NCBI GenBank assembly: GCA_050115495.1
Contig: JASFQK010000044.1
Location: 1-51,673, forward strand
From: Phycisphaerae bacterium
Lineage (GTDB): Bacteria > Planctomycetota > Phycisphaerae > UBA1845 > Fen-1342
DNA length: 51,673 bases
Reading direction: 5' to 3'
In this document: positions 48,801 through 51,673 of the stretch, in pieces
Numbering within the stretch: the first letter of the stretch is position 1
How the letters are laid out: every line of letters starts with the position of its first letter
Program-made: the position numbers and the translations under genes
Notes under the pieces: generated by a model
The model's input: only the letters and a program-made list of their open reading frames with translations
Told to the model about the DNA's origin: nothing
The model's database searches: none

Positions 48801-51323
48801 CTGAATCGTCGCCTTCGGACCACTCACACCATCCCACGCCGGCGCAAGTCCATTCCAATTGTCGTTGCCGGTCACGTCTGCGAAGAACTGCCGCGGGCCA
48901 ACTAGCGGATCGGATCCCACGCTGTACTCCGCCAGATTCGCACGCCCATCCGCGTCCTCGTCACCGAGGGGATCACCCGCCAACTGCCCGTCGAAATAGC
49001 GCACTTCCCACCAGTCCGGCAGGCCGTCGGCGTCGCTGTCCAGCCACTCATCGGCGCCCATGTCCGCCCGGCCCCCAAGAACACGCGGCTCGCCGTCGAT
49101 GTCGGTCTCATCCGTGTGATCGCCTTCAGGATCGCCGGCGTCATGGCACGGCGAGCCCGCCTGCAGGTGCCCGTCCGGCGTGAGAAGTGGGTCAGCGTCA
49201 ATGTTGCCGACACCCTCCCACCCTCCTTCGACGTTGCTGTAGGTCACCGTCGCACCAGAGTAGCCCGTGACGGCAATGGACTCCCGCGTGTTGCCCCAGA
49301 CGATGCAGTTCGTGAGGAGCGGCTGGCTCTCGCCTTCGAGCCACGCGCCGCCAGCATGGCCGGCTACATTCCATGCGATCGTGCAGTTGGTCAAAGTAGG
49401 CGTGCTGCCGTCGCAGTACAGACCGCCACCACAGTACCACGCCCCGTTCTGCACGAATGTGCAACTACTCAGTGTCGGATCACTCATCTCGCAACACATG
49501 CCGGCACCGTGACGCGCGGCTGTGTTCTGCACAATCGTACACTTGTTCAGCGTGGGGCGGCTGTCGTTGTAACAGTAGATGCCACCGCCACCAACCGCGT
49601 AGAAGTCAACTCCGACCGCCGCATTGTGCGAAATCGTGCAGCCGTCCAGCGTCGGGTTGGAGCCATAGCAGCAAATCCCGCCACCGTCGTCGGCTGTATT
49701 GTGGGTCACAACGCAGTTGATCATCGTCGGATCGCTGTCGTGGAAGAACACCCCGCCGCCCATCTCGGCGTACCCGCCGGTGATCGTCAGCCCGGCGACA
49801 ACGCTGGCGGGCCCTTCGCCACACCGGAACTGGAACACGCGGTCTTCGCCGCCTCCGTCCACCACTGTCGCCGCGACGATCGCCGGGTCACCCGAATCAA
49901 TGCTGCGAACCATGATCGATTTCCCGCCGAAGTCCAGCCCCCGATTCCCCACGCCCGTGTACAGGCCCGGCGCCACGATGACCGTGTCACCTTCGTACCG
50001 GTCACAGGAGTCGATGCCCGCCTGGACCGTCGCCTTCGGGCCGTGCACGCCGTCCCACGCTTCGGTCAGACCGTCCCAGGTATCATTCCCCGCTGGATCC
50101 ACGTGCAGCGACCGCGGCCCGACCAGTGGATTCGTCCCGCCGATATACTCCTCAACGTTGGTGCGTCCGTCGCCATCCGCGTCCCCGAGCGGATCGGCAG
50201 TCAGCGGATCCTGGAAATAGCGCCTCTCCCACGAATCCGGCAGACCGTCCGCATCGCTGTCCAGCCACTCATCTGCGCCCATGTCCGCTTGCCCGTCGAG
50301 CACGCGCGGCTCTCCATCGATGTCCGTCTGACCGCTGTAGTCGTCATTCGGATCGCTGGCATTCCGGCAAGGCGAATCCACTGTCAGGTGGCCGTCCGGC
50401 GTAATCGTCGGATCGGCAACAATGTTGCCTTCACCCTCCCAGCCCCCTTCGATCGCACTGTAGGTCACGATGGGACCAGTGCTACCGATAAAGGAGATAG
50501 CCGCCCGGCTGTTCCCCCAGACAATGCAGTTGTCCAGAGTGAGGCTGCTGTAGCGGCAATAGACGCCGCTTCCCCCCATGTTTCCCGCGATGGTGCAGTT
50601 GGTCAGCGTCAGCGCACCGTACAGACAGAACACGCCGTGGCTACCCATGTTCTGCGCTACCGCGCAGTTGGTCAGCGTCGGGCTACTGTGGTAATAGCAG
50701 TAAATGGCGCCACCCTCCGCCGCCATGTTCCGGCTGATGATGCAGTTGGTCAGCGTCGGAGAACACGCGTTGCCGGCGCAATAGAGCCCCCCACCAGCGG
50801 CTGCCGTGTTGCCCACGATTTCGCAGTTCGTTAGGATCGGGCTGCTGAGCATGCAGCCAATGCCTCCGCCGCAGTCGGCCGCCGCGTTCTGCGTGATCGT
50901 GCAATGGGACAGCGTAGGGCTACAGGGGTAATAGCAGTAAACGCCGCCACCGTCGCCCGTGACATAGCCATTCGTAATCGTCAAACCCGCCACGATGCTG
51001 TCCGGCCCTTCGCTGCTGTGGAAGTAGAACCCCCGGCCACTGCCCTCACAGTCGATGACCGTCCCTGCTGCGACCTCCGGATCTTCCGGGGCCGTGCTGC
51101 GAACCGTGATCGCCTTCCCGCCGAAATCAAGGTCCTTATTGCCCGGTCCCGTGTACGTGCCTGGCGCGATAACGACCTCATCGCCCGGCTGAGCGGCGTC
51201 GATCGCCGCCTGGATCGTCGCGTACATGCCCGGCACGTGCAGCTCCTCGCTCCACGCGGCCGGCAGAATGAGCGCACAGCCAACAACCACCGCCAGAATC
51301 CGCACATTCAGCACTTTCAACAT
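45885..51323 (-). CDS. Secreted parallel beta-helix repeat protein (4 modules, 1812 aa) with dockerin-like C-terminus; tandem paralog of 42833-45832
   Basis: Near-identical N- and C-terminal peptides to the neighbour; three internal DMGADEWLDSD.DGLPD.WE linkers. Confidence 0.9.
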   Translation of the reverse strand: MLKVLNVRILAVVVGCALILPAAWSEELHVPGMYATIQAAIDAAQPGDEVVIAPGTYTGPGNKDLDFGGKAITVRSTAPEDPEVAAGTVIDCEGSGRGFYFHSSEGPDSIVAGLTITNGYVTGDGGGVYCYYPCSPTLSHCTITQNAAADCGGGIGCMLSSPILTNCEIVGNTAAAGGGLYCAGNACSPTLTNCIISRNMAAEGGAIYCYYHSSPTLTNCAVAQNMGSHGVFCLYGALTLTNCTIAGNMGGSGVYCRYSSLTLDNCIVWGNSRAAISFIGSTGPIVTYSAIEGGWEGEGNIVADPTITPDGHLTVDSPCRNASDPNDDYSGQTDIDGEPRVLDGQADMGADEWLDSDADGLPDSWERRYFQDPLTADPLGDADGDGRTNVEEYIGGTNPLVGPRSLHVDPAGNDTWDGLTEAWDGVHGPKATVQAGIDSCDRYEGDTVIVAPGLYTGVGNRGLDFGGKSIMVRSIDSGDPAIVAATVVDGGGEDRVFQFRCGEGPASVVAGLTITGGYAEMGGGVFFHDSDPTMINCVVTHNTADDGGGICCYGSNPTLDGCTISHNAAVGVDFYAVGGGGIYCYNDSRPTLNKCTIVQNTAARHGAGMCCEMSDPTLSSCTFVQNGAWYCGGGLYCDGSTPTLTNCTIAWNVAGHAGGAWLEGESQPLLTNCIVWGNTRESIAVTGYSGATVTYSNVEGGWEGVGNIDADPLLTPDGHLQAGSPCHDAGDPEGDHTDETDIDGEPRVLGGRADMGADEWLDSDADGLPDWWEVRYFDGQLAGDPLGDEDADGRANLAEYSVGSDPLVGPRQFFADVTGNDNWNGLAPAWDGVSGPKATIQAAIDACHLTEGDEVIVAEGTYTGPGNRDLEYAGRQITVRSVDPDDPAVVAGTIVDCESEGRGFSFWRRESAEAVVAGLTIMHGYTEDDGGGVYCTNGSSPTLVNCGIKQNTAHGDGGGLFCRQASELTLTNCTITENTAINSGGGVRCYSGSSLMLTDCTISWNRAEYTGGMSVYDSSAVLVGCTITHNATTGDCGGLGCGGEGTLSLVGCRITHNAAEQKAGGVSGSNVSVSLINCTVANNAASGDGGGVYSRGGAMSLRNCTISGNTTGGSNGGGLYCYDGDLTLRNCVVWGNSQEALYATAASTVVATFSAVEGGWTGEGNVDADALLTRDGHLRAGSPCRDAGDPDGDHGDEADIDGEPRVVGGRVDMGADEWLDSDGDGLPDWWEENWFGDPLAADPSGNEDGDGRNDLEEYARGTDPLLAPRRFHVATSGNDGWDGLAPQWDGEHGPKATIQAGIDDCHPCEGDEVVVAEGTYTGIGNRDIELRGKAITVRSTAPEDPEVVAGTVIDCEGSGRGFYFHSGEGPDSIVAGLTITNGSVLTDGAAVYCTSSDLTLTRCTFAYNAAASEGGAVYFGGSRASLDHCVIMGNVARHGGGIHFCGGGVALAGCVITGNSTREQGRGGGLACDESSPVLSDCTVESNTATEFGGGVFCTYDSNPTFIRCEFIQNAAGQTGGAFFCRSNSSPTCVACMIARNVADYGAGLYCSSESTPALTDCRIINNTAEDGPGGGVYWCENCNPILTNCVIAHNTATTGGGGVYCSRWIDLSMDNCTISDNVAPQGAALSCSSSSSVYRSTITVANSILWSGDAPIWNDDGSTINVTHSDVAGGWEGEGNIDEDPLFIDPENGDFHLAAGSPCIDAGDPGFVPGEGETDIDGQYRVWDGDGDGVAIVDMGADEARSPGPGDLNCDGLVNNFDIRAFILAVTDSDLYAEQYPGCDMMLGDLTGDGLVNNFDIRPFIRLLAGD

Positions 51324-51546
51324 GGCAATCCCCTATGAAGAAGGCAACGGCGCAACCAAGCCGCGAGACGGGAGCGCCCAGCAGAATCGACCGGCGCCGC
51401 AACTCCTTTCGGCGGCCTTCGATGAACTGAAATCCCCATCGTCCCTACCCTTGCCATCTCGGACACACGGTTCCCACCGCGATCGCACAGGCCGCGGCCT
51501 CGACATACAGATGGTGGTCCCCACCACCCCACACGATTACCCTATT

Positions 51547-51673
51547 CTAGTGTAGTGCCTCATTAGTTCGATGACTTATCGAACGCTGCGTGCGTGCGCG
51601 TGATTTTCGGCAAGATATCCTGGAGGTCGGCAGTCCAGACGAATGGCTTGGGGTCGTCATTGTGCGTGTCGAT
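51547..51673 (-). mobile_element. 3' end of an IS630-family element (transposase C-terminus at 51563-51673)
   Basis: The minus strand translates IDTHNDDPKPFVWTADLQDILPKITR...*, matching the HN..PKPFVWTA tail of IS630 transposases, and ends in ...CACTACACTAG. Confidence 0.8.

Overview
GC-rich bacterial window. Gene content (PEP-CTERM proteins, many dockerin-tailed secreted proteins, an ECF sigma factor with a Ser/Thr kinase, a UvrB/C-motif protein) suggests Planctomycetota, probably Phycisphaerae; this is inference. The left third holds a fragmented second copy of znuCB, a PEP-CTERM gene, a zur-znuACB-like operon, a GT-C-like membrane protein with a WcaJ-type priming transferase, pepF, and housekeeping genes (EamA, rsmD, yhaM, an apparently orphan adenine methyltransferase, a polyprenol kinase). 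From 19.4 kb on, seven ORFs encode secreted modular proteins ending in the same Cys-containing dockerin-like domain, with invariant Asn-Phe at the cohesin-recognition positions. An ECF sigma factor/Ser-Thr kinase pair sits among them, and a candidate ECF promoter (TGTCAGA-N14-GTCTA-N2-TAC) precedes both the kinase and the divergent dockerin gene. A tight operon of tusA/yeeD, a split and order-swapped yeeE, and a Cys-rich hybrid histidine kinase lies divergent from cydAB. Several REP-like palindrome families fill intergenic gaps, and an IS630 3' end closes the window. I found no rRNA, tRNA or CRISPR array. All calls come from reading motifs by eye; no database searches were run.
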